A DNA stretch of 64,000 bases from Planctomycetota bacterium (GTDB taxonomy: Bacteria > Planctomycetota > UBA1135 > GCA-002686595): NCBI GenBank assembly GCA_038757895.1, contig JBCDGE010000012.1, forward strand, positions 1 through 64,000, written 5' to 3'. Shown piece by piece: positions 48,900 to 58,280 of this stretch. The notes beneath the pieces are model-generated. The model searched no databases. It saw only the letters and a program-made list of their open reading frames with translations, and was not told the DNA's origin. Position numbers and translations under genes: made by a program. Position 1 is the stretch's first letter. Every line of letters begins with the position of its first letter.

Positions 48900-50174
48900 A
48901 TGTCGACCCTCGCTGCCGCGTTCGCGGTCGCGCGCAAGGAGCTCGGCGAGGGCTTCCGCGACCGCCAGACGCTGCTCTACACCTTCGTGCTGCCCGTGTG
49001 CATGTACCCGGCGCTGTTCTGGGTCATGGTGCAGGGCTTCCTGCTCGTCGAGGGCCAGAAGAACGCGAAGGACGTCGAGGTCGGACTCGTCGCGCCTGCG
49101 TCGGTCGCCGAGGAGGCGACGGCCGCGATCGCCGCGGATCCCGAGAATGGCGGCTCGGTCGAGGTGCGCGCCGTCGACGTTGGGACCGACGACGACGAGG
49201 TCCGCGCGCTGGTCGACCCGAAGGCGAGGGGCGGCCTCCACGCAGTGCTCGTCCTCCCGGCGGAGCGCTCTGACGAGGAGCCAGCGACGCTCTACTACGA
49301 CAGCACGAACGGACGCTCCGAGGTCGCCAGGGACCGGGTCGAGAACTCGCTGCGTCGCTGGTCGAACGAGCTGCGCGAAGCGGCGGCGGAGGCGCGTTCG
49401 ATCGATCCGGACGTCCTCGACCCGTTCGAGATCCGGGATACGAACGTGGCCGAGAAGGAGAGCCAGGGCGCCCGAGCGCTGTCGCTCCTGCTGCCGATGC
49501 TCCTGGTCGTGATGTGCGTCCTCGGGGCCTTCTTCCCCGCCGTGGACCTCACGGCCGGCGAGAAGGAGCGCCGTACCGCCGAGACGACGATGCTCCTGCC
49601 TGTCCCCAGGCTCGGGCTCCACCTCGGGAAGATCTTCGCCGTCTGCGCGTCGTCGATGATCGCAACGACACTCAACCTCCTCGCGATCGGGCTCTCCGCG
49701 GGGCACCTCCTGCAGCAGATCGCGGGCGCGGACGGCGTCGTCGTCGAGCTGCCGGTCGGCGCTCTTCTGGCCGTCGCGCCGCTTGCGGTCCTGTTCGCCT
49801 TCACGGTGAGCGCGGCTCTCACCGGCATCGCCGGACTCGCGTCGAGCTTCAAGGAGGGCCAGGCGCTGCTCGGCCCGGTCCAGATGGTATTCATCTTCCC
49901 CGCGATCGCCGCGAGCCTCCCGGGGCTCGAGCTCGACGCCAGCACCGCGTGGATCCCCGTCGTGAACGTCGGCCTCGCCTTCCGCGCGATGCTGCTCGGC
50001 GACTTCGCGCTCGTCCCGCTCGCGCTGTGCGTGGTCGCGCTCGTCGCCACCGCCGCGCTCGCGATCTGGGTCTCCGTCCGCCTGCTCGCCAACGAGCAGG
50101 TCGCCCTGTCCGGTGAGACGCTCTCCCTCGGGCGAGCGCTCCGCCTCCTGCGCGCCCCGCGCGCCGACCGATGA
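48900..50174 (+). CDS. ABC-2 type transporter permease (NatB-like)
   Basis: 424-aa polytopic membrane protein. Immediately followed by an ATPase whose start overlaps its stop (50171-50174). Confidence 0.6.
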   Translation: MSTLAAAFAVARKELGEGFRDRQTLLYTFVLPVCMYPALFWVMVQGFLLVEGQKNAKDVEVGLVAPASVAEEATAAIAADPENGGSVEVRAVDVGTDDDEVRALVDPKARGGLHAVLVLPAERSDEEPATLYYDSTNGRSEVARDRVENSLRRWSNELREAAAEARSIDPDVLDPFEIRDTNVAEKESQGARALSLLLPMLLVVMCVLGAFFPAVDLTAGEKERRTAETTMLLPVPRLGLHLGKIFAVCASSMIATTLNLLAIGLSAGHLLQQIAGADGVVVELPVGALLAVAPLAVLFAFTVSAALTGIAGLASSFKEGQALLGPVQMVFIFPAIAASLPGLELDASTAWIPVVNVGLAFRAMLLGDFALVPLALCVVALVATAALAIWVSVRLLANEQVALSGETLSLGRALRLLRAPRADR

Positions 50175-50941
50175 GCCAAGACTCGATCGCCATCCTCGCC
50201 GAAGGACTCGCCAAGACCTTCCACGACCCCCAGCGGGGCGTCGTCGAGGCGGTCAAGGGCGTCGACCTCGACTGCCGCCGCGGCGAGATCTACGGCCTCC
50301 TCGGACCGAACGGCGCCGGCAAGACGACGACGCTCCGGATGCTGTCGACGATCCTCGCGCCGACCGCGGGACGCGCCGAGATCGACGGGATCGACGTCCG
50401 CTCGGACCCGCTGGAGGTGCGGAGACGCATCGGATTCCTGTCCGGGAGCACCGGCCTGTACCCGCGGCTGACCGGCCGCGAGACGCTGCGCTACTTCGGC
50501 AAGCTGCACGGGCTGGAGGGCGACGACCTGGAGTCCGCGATCGCGCGGGCGATGGACACGTTCGACCTGCACGCCTTCGCCGACGGTCGCTGCGAGTCGC
50601 TCTCGACCGGTCAGAAGCAGCGCGTCTCGATCGCCCGCGCCGTCGTGCACGACCCGCCGGTCCTGATCCTCGACGAGCCCACGACCGGCCTCGACATCAT
50701 GGCGTCGAGCGACATGATCGACTTCATCGAGTCGCGTCGGACCGCAGGCACGTGCGTGCTCTTCAGCACGCACATCATGAGCGAGGCCGAGCAGCTCTGC
50801 GATCGCATCGGGATCGTCTACGACGGGCGCATGCTCGCGGTCGGGTCCCTGGAGGAGCTCGCCGCCCAGACCGGGACGTCGTGGCTGAAGGAGACGTTCC
50901 ACGAGCTCGTCCGACGCGCGGACGCCGAGGTCTCCGCTTGA
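50171..50941 (+). CDS. ABC transporter ATP-binding protein
   Basis: Walker [10 protein letters not shown], signature LSTGQKQRV, Walker [12 protein letters not shown]-loop STH. 256 aa. Confidence 0.85.
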   Translation: MSQDSIAILAEGLAKTFHDPQRGVVEAVKGVDLDCRRGEIYGLLGPNGAGKTTTLRMLSTILAPTAGRAEIDGIDVRSDPLEVRRRIGFLSGSTGLYPRLTGRETLRYFGKLHGLEGDDLESAIARAMDTFDLHAFADGRCESLSTGQKQRVSIARAVVHDPPVLILDEPTTGLDIMASSDMIDFIESRRTAGTCVLFSTHIMSEAEQLCDRIGIVYDGRMLAVGSLEELAAQTGTSWLKETFHELVRRADAEVSA

Positions 50942-52989
50942 GGACTCCGCTGGAGGTTCTGCGCGTCGAGCTGCTCCAGCTCGCGCGCGACAGGCGGGCG
51001 CTGTTCTCGGCGGTCGTCCTGCCGGCGCTGCTCTATCCCCTGCTCTTCCTGGGGATGGGCAAGCTGGAGTCGGTCGGCGAGGAGACGATGGCCGAGCGGA
51101 CGATCAAGGCTCGGATGGACCTGGAGGGCGTCGCCGACGCGACGCGCGAGGCGTTCCTGGCCGCGTTCGTCGACGAGGGCCCCGTCACGATCGAAGACGT
51201 CGACGCGTCGCGCCTCTCCGCGCTGGAGGACGACGAGGAGCGCCGGCTCGCGGCGCGCGAGATCCTTGGGCTCGACGGCGACGAGTCCTCGGCGGACGTC
51301 CTCGTCGTCGGCGTCCAGGACGACGGCGCGGCCGGCCAGGAGCGTATGACGTTCGACCTCTGGTACAACGTCAAGAACGACGACTCCCAGGAGGGTCGTT
51401 CGCGCGCGCGCGGTGCGCTGCGCGACCTGGAGAAGGAGGTCGCGATCCAGCGGCGCGAAGAGCTCCTCGGCGGCGATCCCGCGGCCGGGCTCGACGCGGC
51501 CGAGGAGGACGTCGCGACCGCAGAGGACACGAGCGGCGCCGCGCTCGGCAAGTGGCTGCCGTTCATCGTCCTGCTGGTGATGATCTCCGGCGGCGCGTAC
51601 GCCGCGCTGGCTGTGTTCGCGGGGGAGCGCGAGGCGGGCACGCTGGAGACGCTGCTCGTCCAGCCCGTCGACCACCGCTCGATCGCGACCGGCAAGTTCC
51701 TGGCCGTGTTCGTCGCGGGCACCGCGACGCTGCTCGTCAACCTCGGGAGCCTCGTCGCGTGCGTTGTCTCGGGGATCGCGGACATGGACGCCTTCGGCGG
51801 CGCCTCCGGCGGTATCAGCGCGGGCCGGCTCGCCGCGCTCGGCGTCGAGCTGCCGGCGTGCCTCCTGCTGTGCGCCGTGCTGTGCCTGGTCTGCGGCAGG
51901 GCGAAGACGTTTCGCGAGGGGCAGCTCCTCGTGTTCCCCGTCACGCTCCTGACCGCGCTGCCGACGGCGATCGTGCTGCGGCCGGACGCCGAGCTGAGCG
52001 TGTTCTGGGCGATGGTGCCGTTCTCCGGCTCGGGCCTCGCGCTGCGCGATGGGCTCGCGGGCGACCTGAGCCTGCCGCTGGCGGCACTCGTCGTCGCGTC
52101 GCACCTGGGCTGGACGTGGCTCGCGCTGGTTCGACTCGCAGGCATCCTCGACGCCGAGAAGGTCCTGGGCGGCGGCGGCGACGCGAAGGCCGAGTCCCAC
52201 CTGCAGCAGGCCGGCGGGCGCCATGGCGTCCGCTGGGGCTTCGCGGTCGTGATGACCGTGTACCTCATCGCGATGTCCGTGCAGCGCGTGGACATCGACG
52301 TCGGGCTGTGGTTCACGTTCTGGGTGCTGCTGCCCGCGTTCGCGCTCGCGATCGCCTGGACCGCGCCGCGGGCCGAGGGCGAGCGGCGGAACCTCGCCGG
52401 CGCGCTCGGCCTTCAGCTCCCCCGCCTGGCGCATGTCGCCGGCGCGCTGCTGATGGTCCCCGCGCTGACGAAGGGTGCGCTGTGGCTCGGCGAATGGCAG
52501 CAGCACGTGTTCCCGTATCCGCCCGGTATCGAGGCGCAGATGAACGGGATGGAGGCGTTCCTCGGCACGGCGAGCACGATGTGGCTCGTGTTCTTCTTCG
52601 CGATCTCCCCCGGTGTCACGGAGGAGCTCGTCTTCCGCGGCTCGCTCCTGTCGGCGATGAAGCGCGACTGGACGTGGCCGCGGATCATGGCCTGGCAGGC
52701 GCTCTACTTCGCACTCGTCCACGCCGACCTGTACCGGCTGCTCCCGACAGGGATCATGGGCGCGCTGCTGACCCTGATCGCGCTCCGGGCTCGGAGCGTC
52801 CTGCCGACGATCGCGCTGCACGTCGCCTACAACGCTGTCCTGGTGCTCGGCGCCGCGGAACGGCTCCCGTTCTCCGACGCCGAGTGGTTCGAGTACGCGC
52901 CGTGGGCCGCGATCCCCGGAGTGCTGCTGTTCGTGCTGGTGCCACCGCGCGCGAAGGCCGAGCCCAAGAAAGACCGCGACGTCGACTGA
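50938..52989 (+). CDS. ABC-2 permease fused to C-terminal CPBP (CAAX-protease/Abi) intramembrane metalloprotease-like domain
   Basis: N-terminal ABC-2-like TM region. C-terminal CPBP motifs EELVFRG, FALVHA, HVAYN. Probable TTG/GTG start near 50938, overlapping the ATPase stop. An alternative ATG lies at 51054. Confidence 0.55.
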   Translation: MRTPLEVLRVELLQLARDRRALFSAVVLPALLYPLLFLGMGKLESVGEETMAERTIKARMDLEGVADATREAFLAAFVDEGPVTIEDVDASRLSALEDDEERRLAAREILGLDGDESSADVLVVGVQDDGAAGQERMTFDLWYNVKNDDSQEGRSRARGALRDLEKEVAIQRREELLGGDPAAGLDAAEEDVATAEDTSGAALGKWLPFIVLLVMISGGAYAALAVFAGEREAGTLETLLVQPVDHRSIATGKFLAVFVAGTATLLVNLGSLVACVVSGIADMDAFGGASGGISAGRLAALGVELPACLLLCAVLCLVCGRAKTFREGQLLVFPVTLLTALPTAIVLRPDAELSVFWAMVPFSGSGLALRDGLAGDLSLPLAALVVASHLGWTWLALVRLAGILDAEKVLGGGGDAKAESHLQQAGGRHGVRWGFAVVMTVYLIAMSVQRVDIDVGLWFTFWVLLPAFALAIAWTAPRAEGERRNLAGALGLQLPRLAHVAGALLMVPALTKGALWLGEWQQHVFPYPPGIEAQMNGMEAFLGTASTMWLVFFFAISPGVTEELVFRGSLLSAMKRDWTWPRIMAWQALYFALVHADLYRLLPTGIMGALLTLIALRARSVLPTIALHVAYNAVLVLGAAERLPFSDAEWFEYAPWAAIPGVLLFVLVPPRAKAEPKKDRDVD

Positions 52990-53067
52990 GCAGAGCCGAC
53001 GCCGCGGTCGAGACGCGGCATCGCCACGCGCGATGCCGACCCCCGTTCGGTGTCTCGCGTTCCGGGC

Positions 53068-54582
53068 TCAGAGCCCGCCGAACGCGGCGATCTTCTTCTG
53101 CGCCTTGACGAGCGCCTCCTCCAGCACTGCGACGTGCTCGCCGACGTCGTCGCCGGCCACGAGCGCCTCGCGGTACGCGGTCCACGCCTTGCCGACCTTC
53201 TTGTCCTCGCCGTCGACGAGGAAGTGCACGAGGAGGCCGGCCTCGTGGATCAGCCGGCAGGAGGCCTCCGGCTCGTTGGTGTCGATCTGCAGCGCGAGGA
53301 CGTCCTCGATCGGGTCGAGCGTTCCGCCCGACTTCAGGTTCTGGAGCGCCCACTTGCGCGCCCACAGAGGGTCACCTCCCTCGCCGACGTTCGCGTCCTC
53401 GAAGAACCGTTCGCAGTACGCCGCTGCGCCGTAGCGGAGCCAGCGAGGGATGCGCTTCTCGTCCCAGAACGGCCGATCGGGGAAGCCGCCGCCGGGCGAG
53501 GTGAGCATCTGGCTCACCGCCGTCCACGAGGGATCGACCGCCTCGAGCCACGCGAGCGCGGCGGCGTGGCGGACGGCGTGCTGGCCGAACGGCTCCAGCG
53601 CCGGGTCGTTCGCGTCGTAGTACGCCGCGCCGGTGCCCTTGAAGGCGGGGACCGCGCTGGACGCGTCCATCCACCCGTCGGTGAAGAAGGCGTAGTGGAC
53701 CGAGCTGTAGCCGTTCGCGTCCGCGGGCCCGAAGCCCGCCGCGGGATCCCCGGCCGAGAACTGGTTGTACTGGGCGATGCTGTCGAGCACGACGAACTCG
53801 GGCTTCGAGGGCGCCGCGAGGCCGAAGATGCGCGCGAGGTCGGCGTGCGCCGCGTCCGCCCACCACACGACCCAGCGGCCCTTGTCCTCGGGAACGGTCG
53901 TCAGCGCGACGAAGTGCTCGCCGGGGACCTGCCACCACGCACCGATCTTGGAGTGCGCCTCGTTGGCGGCCGCGGTCTCGAGCCACTCGTCGCCGACCTT
54001 CCACAGGCCCTGGCGCCACTTGCCGAAGTCCTGCGGGTCGATCCACGTGGTGTGCTGCTTCTCCCACCCCGCCGCGGCCTTCGCGGCGTCGTCCGCGAGG
54101 CGCTCCCGCGTCCCCGGCGGCGCGAACGTGCCGTCGTCGAGCTTCTCCCATCCCATGCGGTGGTACGGGAGTTCGTCCGCGAGGACCCAGAGATCTCCGA
54201 AGCGCACGGTGCCGTCGGTCTCGAAGCGGCGCTTCGCCTCCGCGCGCCGCACCTTCGCGAGCGCGGCGTAGGTCTCGTACCACTGGCCGTCGTAGCGGTG
54301 GTGCCGGAGGCCGCGCCGCGCTCCCTCGTGGTCGCCGTCGACCTCGAGGACCCGCTCCCACGCGCGAACGGCGTCCCGTTCGCGCTCTTCCTCGGACCAG
54401 GCGTCGGCGAGCGCGGCGAGCTTCGCCGCGTCGTCGCCCGCCGCCTCGATCGCGTCCGCGACGTCGTCGACCGGCTGGCCGCTCTCGAAGGAAAGCGTGG
54501 GGCCGGGGCAGGGGGGAGAGAGCGGCGCGGCCGGCGCTCCCGTCAGGGAGGCCGCGAGGGGAATGGCGAGGGGGAGCAGCAT
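53068..54582 (-). CDS. Secreted hypothetical protein
   Basis: Signal peptide MLLPLAIPLAASLTGAPA. 504 aa, Trp-rich, no assignable motif. The N-terminal 134 codons of ORF 53068..54984 are rejected. Confidence 0.5.
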   Translation of the reverse strand: MLLPLAIPLAASLTGAPAAPLSPPCPGPTLSFESGQPVDDVADAIEAAGDDAAKLAALADAWSEEERERDAVRAWERVLEVDGDHEGARRGLRHHRYDGQWYETYAALAKVRRAEAKRRFETDGTVRFGDLWVLADELPYHRMGWEKLDDGTFAPPGTRERLADDAAKAAAGWEKQHTTWIDPQDFGKWRQGLWKVGDEWLETAAANEAHSKIGAWWQVPGEHFVALTTVPEDKGRWVVWWADAAHADLARIFGLAAPSKPEFVVLDSIAQYNQFSAGDPAAGFGPADANGYSSVHYAFFTDGWMDASSAVPAFKGTGAAYYDANDPALEPFGQHAVRHAAALAWLEAVDPSWTAVSQMLTSPGGGFPDRPFWDEKRIPRWLRYGAAAYCERFFEDANVGEGGDPLWARKWALQNLKSGGTLDPIEDVLALQIDTNEPEASCRLIHEAGLLVHFLVDGEDKKVGKAWTAYREALVAGDDVGEHVAVLEEALVKAQKKIAAFGGL

Positions 54583-54703
54583 CGCGGGAAGGGAGGCGAA
54601 CCGATGGGAGCCGAGTCGAAGGAACGTGGAGCGTGGAGGTGGCCCCCCGGGCGCCGGCAGGACGCCCGGGAAGCCGCTGCTTGGAGCAGGAAGTCCGGGT
54701 GGA

Positions 54704-55627
54704 TCAGCCGATCGGCGTTGCGTCCTGGATGATCTCGAAGATCTCATCCGCGGACGCGAGTTCGCCGTGCTCCTCGGCGGAATGGATCCACTCGGCGCGC
54801 TTGAGGTAGGAGAGGGACAGGATCGGCTTGCTGCTCTGCGTGACGGAGTGGCCGATCTTTGCGGAAATCGCCATCGCCCGCGCGGCGGTGAGGTCGTCGG
54901 TGTCGAGCGCGGCGACCGTGGCGTCGTGGACGCGGACCTGTGCGGACAGGAGCGCGCCGGACTGGCCAAGCTCCTCGAGCGCATACCCGGCGAGAAGCAC
55001 GTCGAGCGCGTTCTCCGCGTCGACGACCTTGGCCTTGTGGGCGCGCTTGAGGATCTTCTTGCCGGTCTTGTCGCCCTGGAGCGCCAGGAACGCGGCCGAC
55101 GGTACGCCCGACTCGCCCTTCTTGACGCGCTTGACGAGCGTCGCCTTCAGGGGCTTCGAGCCCATCTCGCTGAAGGCGAGCACGCTCGTGCAGCAGAAGC
55201 GCTCGGGCGCCGCGACGTGCATCGCCTCGGCGACCGGGAGGACGGAGGGTGAGCGCGTGTCCAGAAGGACGCCGATGAGCGCCTGCCCCTGCTTCTCGGT
55301 GGTCTTCTTCGAGCGCATCGCGTCCACGGCGATCGGCTGCAGGACCATGGCCGACTCGGGGTGCTTGACGAGCATCGACGCGAGCAGCGCGTTCGGCGCG
55401 GTGGTCGTCGGGCAGGTCTCGCCCTCCGAGCCTTCCTTGCCGCAGATGCACTCGTAGACGGTCTCGTTCTCGGCGTCGTGCATGACGCGCTGGACGAGCG
55501 ACTCGATCTTGGCCCTCGCCTTCTCGAGCTTCTCACCGGAGAGGCCGTCGCCGCCGGCGATGGCCGCAGAGCACGGAAGGAGGAGGGCAGTCAGGGCGAG
55601 GCCGGTCGCGAACGCACGTTGTGTCAT
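54704..55627 (-). CDS. Secreted Lys-rich hypothetical protein (helical-repeat-like)
   Basis: Signal peptide MTQRAFATGLALTALLLPCSAAIAGG. 308 aa. Somewhat lower GC than its surroundings. Confidence 0.5.
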   Translation of the reverse strand: MTQRAFATGLALTALLLPCSAAIAGGDGLSGEKLEKARAKIESLVQRVMHDAENETVYECICGKEGSEGETCPTTTAPNALLASMLVKHPESAMVLQPIAVDAMRSKKTTEKQGQALIGVLLDTRSPSVLPVAEAMHVAAPERFCCTSVLAFSEMGSKPLKATLVKRVKKGESGVPSAAFLALQGDKTGKKILKRAHKAKVVDAENALDVLLAGYALEELGQSGALLSAQVRVHDATVAALDTDDLTAARAMAISAKIGHSVTQSSKPILSLSYLKRAEWIHSAEEHGELASADEIFEIIQDATPIG

Positions 55628-55765
55628 GGCGGGAATGGGAGTGAGGTTCGGTGCGTCCGGTGGGTCGCGGAACACGCGCCGGTCGCAGGACGCGTGACCC
55701 ATCCCGCGGGGTGGCGCACCGGGCGCAGCGAATCTCGGAATCTCTCCGAAGTCGCGCTCGCGACT

Positions 55766-57496
55766 TCAAATCGACGCGAGGACGTCGAGCTCGTCGGCGA
55801 GTGCTTCCGCGCTCCGCTCGTCCGCGTTGCGCGCGCGGTGGTGCACGCCCACCCAGTGCTCCGCGAGCCCGATCCGTGCGTCGGGGACAGCCTCCGGGTC
55901 GTCCCCCACGCCGTCGAGGCGCTCGCCGTCGCGCAGCGCGAGGGCGTACGACAGCAGGTCGACGCGCATCGCCGCGTTCTCCAGGTCGCCGTCCTCCAGG
56001 AGGCCGCGGGTCGCGGCGACGAATGGCTCGACCACCGTCTCCCACGCGTCGTCGTCGCCGAGACGGTCGAGGCACGCGGCGACGATCAACGGTCGTCCAG
56101 CGTTCTCCCCCTTCCATTGCTCCGGGGTCACGTCGAGGGTGACCTCACGGAGGAACGCGAGGCCGCGGTCGTCCCCGCGGAGCGCGAGCCAGAGCGCGAT
56201 CGGCAGCGGGTCGCCCTCTGCGCCGGGCTCCCACTCGTCGAGCCACGCCAGCGCCTCGCGCTCGAACTCGAACGCGCCGCGCTCGGCCATCGCGACGATC
56301 GTCTCGGTATCGAAGACCTCCGGGTCGTCGAGCCACGCCCGACGGACGCGCCGGGCGGCCATCGGGCTCGGATCCACGGCGAGCGCGCGCAGGAGCGCGG
56401 AGCGGAAGTACGCCGGCGAGACGTCGAGCGCGAGGAGCCGGTCCACCGAATCGGCGACGAACGGCCAGAGCTCGGGCGAACGCCGGAGCTGGGCGAGCGC
56501 GCCCTCGCGGTAGGCCATGCCCAGCATCTCCAGGCGCAGCGCCGGCGGCAGGGCCTCGTAGCTGAGCTCCTTGATCGACTCGTGGGCGACCAGGTCGTCG
56601 TTCGACGCCCGGCGGCCGGCGCCGCGCGCGATCAGGTAGAAGGTCGGCTCCGCGTCGGGCGCGAGCCTCTCGGGGGCCTCGCCGCCGATCGTGACGGAGA
56701 CCGCACCGCGCTCGACGCGTACGTCGACCACTCCGTTCGCGGTCGGGAGCGCGGTCGCCAGCCAGTGCCCGGGGTCGACGGGGCGACGCGCCTCGCGGTC
56801 GGTGCGGAACGCGACGCGCATCGCGGCGCCCGCGGGGAGGTCGAGCCGGACGCCGCCGGGGAGCTCGAGGCGCGCCGCGGCACGCGCGGCGTCGACGCGG
56901 AACGTGCCGCCGCCGAGCTCCAGGAGGTCGCGCTCGACGAACGCGAACAGCGCGCCGGGCTCGGCCTCCACGGCCGCGCCGTCGGGCAGGGTCACGCGCG
57001 CCGACGCTCCGCGGGGGACGAACGCCGCGCGGCCGACGCCGAGTTCACGCTCGACCGCGTCCGACGCGCTGCCGACGCGGAGGGCGCGGTCGGCGCGCGC
57101 GAGGACCGCCGTGGCGGGGCTCGCGGGGCTCTGGATGCTCGGCGCGGGACCGACGCCGGTTCCGTCCGCGGGTCCACCTCCGCGGGTCGAGAGGAGCGCG
57201 ACCGCGCCGCCGGCCACGAGGACCGCGGCAGCCGCAGCGACCCGACGCCCGGGACGCCATCCATGCGCTTCACGCACGAGACGCGGTCGGGGTGCGCGGT
57301 CCGGGGGCGGCTCCCGCAGCGCGGCGTCGATCGCTTGCTCACGCCTGGAGCGGCGGACGAGGCGCGGCGCCGGACGGCGCTCGCCCCGCTCCCAGGCCTC
57401 GCGCACGAGCCGGCTCAGGTCCGGCCCCGCCTCGGAGCTCTCGCCGAGGACCTCGCGCAGCGCGTGGTCGACGAGCCTGTCTTCGGGATCGGTCAC
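55766..57496 (-). CDS. Anti-sigma factor, FecR-like, single TM with large periplasmic domain
   Basis: GTG start overlaps the sigma-factor stop (GTGA, 57493-57496). Cytoplasmic N-terminus, TM (VAAAAAVLVAGGAVALL), periplasmic beta-rich and helical domains. 576 aa. Confidence 0.55.
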   Translation of the reverse strand: MTDPEDRLVDHALREVLGESSEAGPDLSRLVREAWERGERRPAPRLVRRSRREQAIDAALREPPPDRAPRPRLVREAHGWRPGRRVAAAAAVLVAGGAVALLSTRGGGPADGTGVGPAPSIQSPASPATAVLARADRALRVGSASDAVERELGVGRAAFVPRGASARVTLPDGAAVEAEPGALFAFVERDLLELGGGTFRVDAARAAARLELPGGVRLDLPAGAAMRVAFRTDREARRPVDPGHWLATALPTANGVVDVRVERGAVSVTIGGEAPERLAPDAEPTFYLIARGAGRRASNDDLVAHESIKELSYEALPPALRLEMLGMAYREGALAQLRRSPELWPFVADSVDRLLALDVSPAYFRSALLRALAVDPSPMAARRVRRAWLDDPEVFDTETIVAMAERGAFEFEREALAWLDEWEPGAEGDPLPIALWLALRGDDRGLAFLREVTLDVTPEQWKGENAGRPLIVAACLDRLGDDDAWETVVEPFVAATRGLLEDGDLENAAMRVDLLSYALALRDGERLDGVGDDPEAVPDARIGLAEHWVGVHHRARNADERSAEALADELDVLASI

Positions 57497-58068
57497 GCGC
57501 CCAGCCTCCTCTCGACGCACTCGCGGAGGCGACGTCGAGCGCGGACGAGGATCGAGTGCACGCCGGACTCGGAGAGCTGGAGCCGCTGCGCGATCGCGGC
57601 GCGGCCGAGGTTGCCGGCGTACCGGAGCTCCAGCGCGTCCTTGGTCCGACCGGTGACGCCGGTGAGGCAGCGGCGGAGCGCGTCGAGGTACGGCGCGCCG
57701 CCCGCGTCCTCCTGGAACTCGGACCAGACCGTCTCGGCGGCGTCGAGGTCGACCGACGGCGGGTCGCGGTCGAGCCTGCGCAGGCTCTTGAGGAAGAGGT
57801 GCCGGGCGATCGACCGCAGGTACCGGGCCGTCGCGCGATCGTCCCGCTCCTCGAAGCGCGCGGAGAGGAACGTCAGGAACGTCTCCTGGACGAGGTCGTC
57901 GACGTGCGCCCGCGGGCAGCCCAGATAGCGGAGGAAGCCCCGCACCGCGCCCTGGTGGGTCACGACGAGGGCCTCGACGGCCTCGCCGTCGAGGGCCGCT
58001 GATCCGCCCTCCAACGACTGATCCGCTGACGGGGGGGCTCCGTTCGTCCTGCGAGAGTGCACGCTCAC
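57493..58068 (-). CDS. ECF RNA polymerase sigma factor
   Basis: Region 2 DLVQETFLTFL and region 4 LELRYAGNLGRAAIAQRLQLSESGVHSILVRARRRLRE. Confidence 0.75.
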   Translation of the reverse strand: MSVHSRRTNGAPPSADQSLEGGSAALDGEAVEALVVTHQGAVRGFLRYLGCPRAHVDDLVQETFLTFLSARFEERDDRATARYLRSIARHLFLKSLRRLDRDPPSVDLDAAETVWSEFQEDAGGAPYLDALRRCLTGVTGRTKDALELRYAGNLGRAAIAQRLQLSESGVHSILVRARRRLRECVERRLGA

Positions 58069-58280
58069 CGGACGACCATCCCCCGCCGCAGCGGATCGGT
58101 CGCAACGATCTCGGGAATTCCATCCGGGGCGGCTGGAAACCGCCCTGGAGGGTCTTCAGAGCCTGCTCAGGAATCTCCGATTCTGCTGCCCAGGCTCTGA
58201 GCCGACCTTGCTGGCGCACCCGCGAACGCGGGTGCGCTGTTCGCGTGGGCAAATGCTGCCCACGCTCTCAGGGCCGGTCG

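Noticed and set aside
55361-57928. 855-codon plus-strand ORF and neighbours 55533..56117, 56691..57656
   Set aside because: Antisense or alternative frames to the ECF sigma / FecR-like anti-sigma pair, which has proper region-2/4 motifs and a TM segment.
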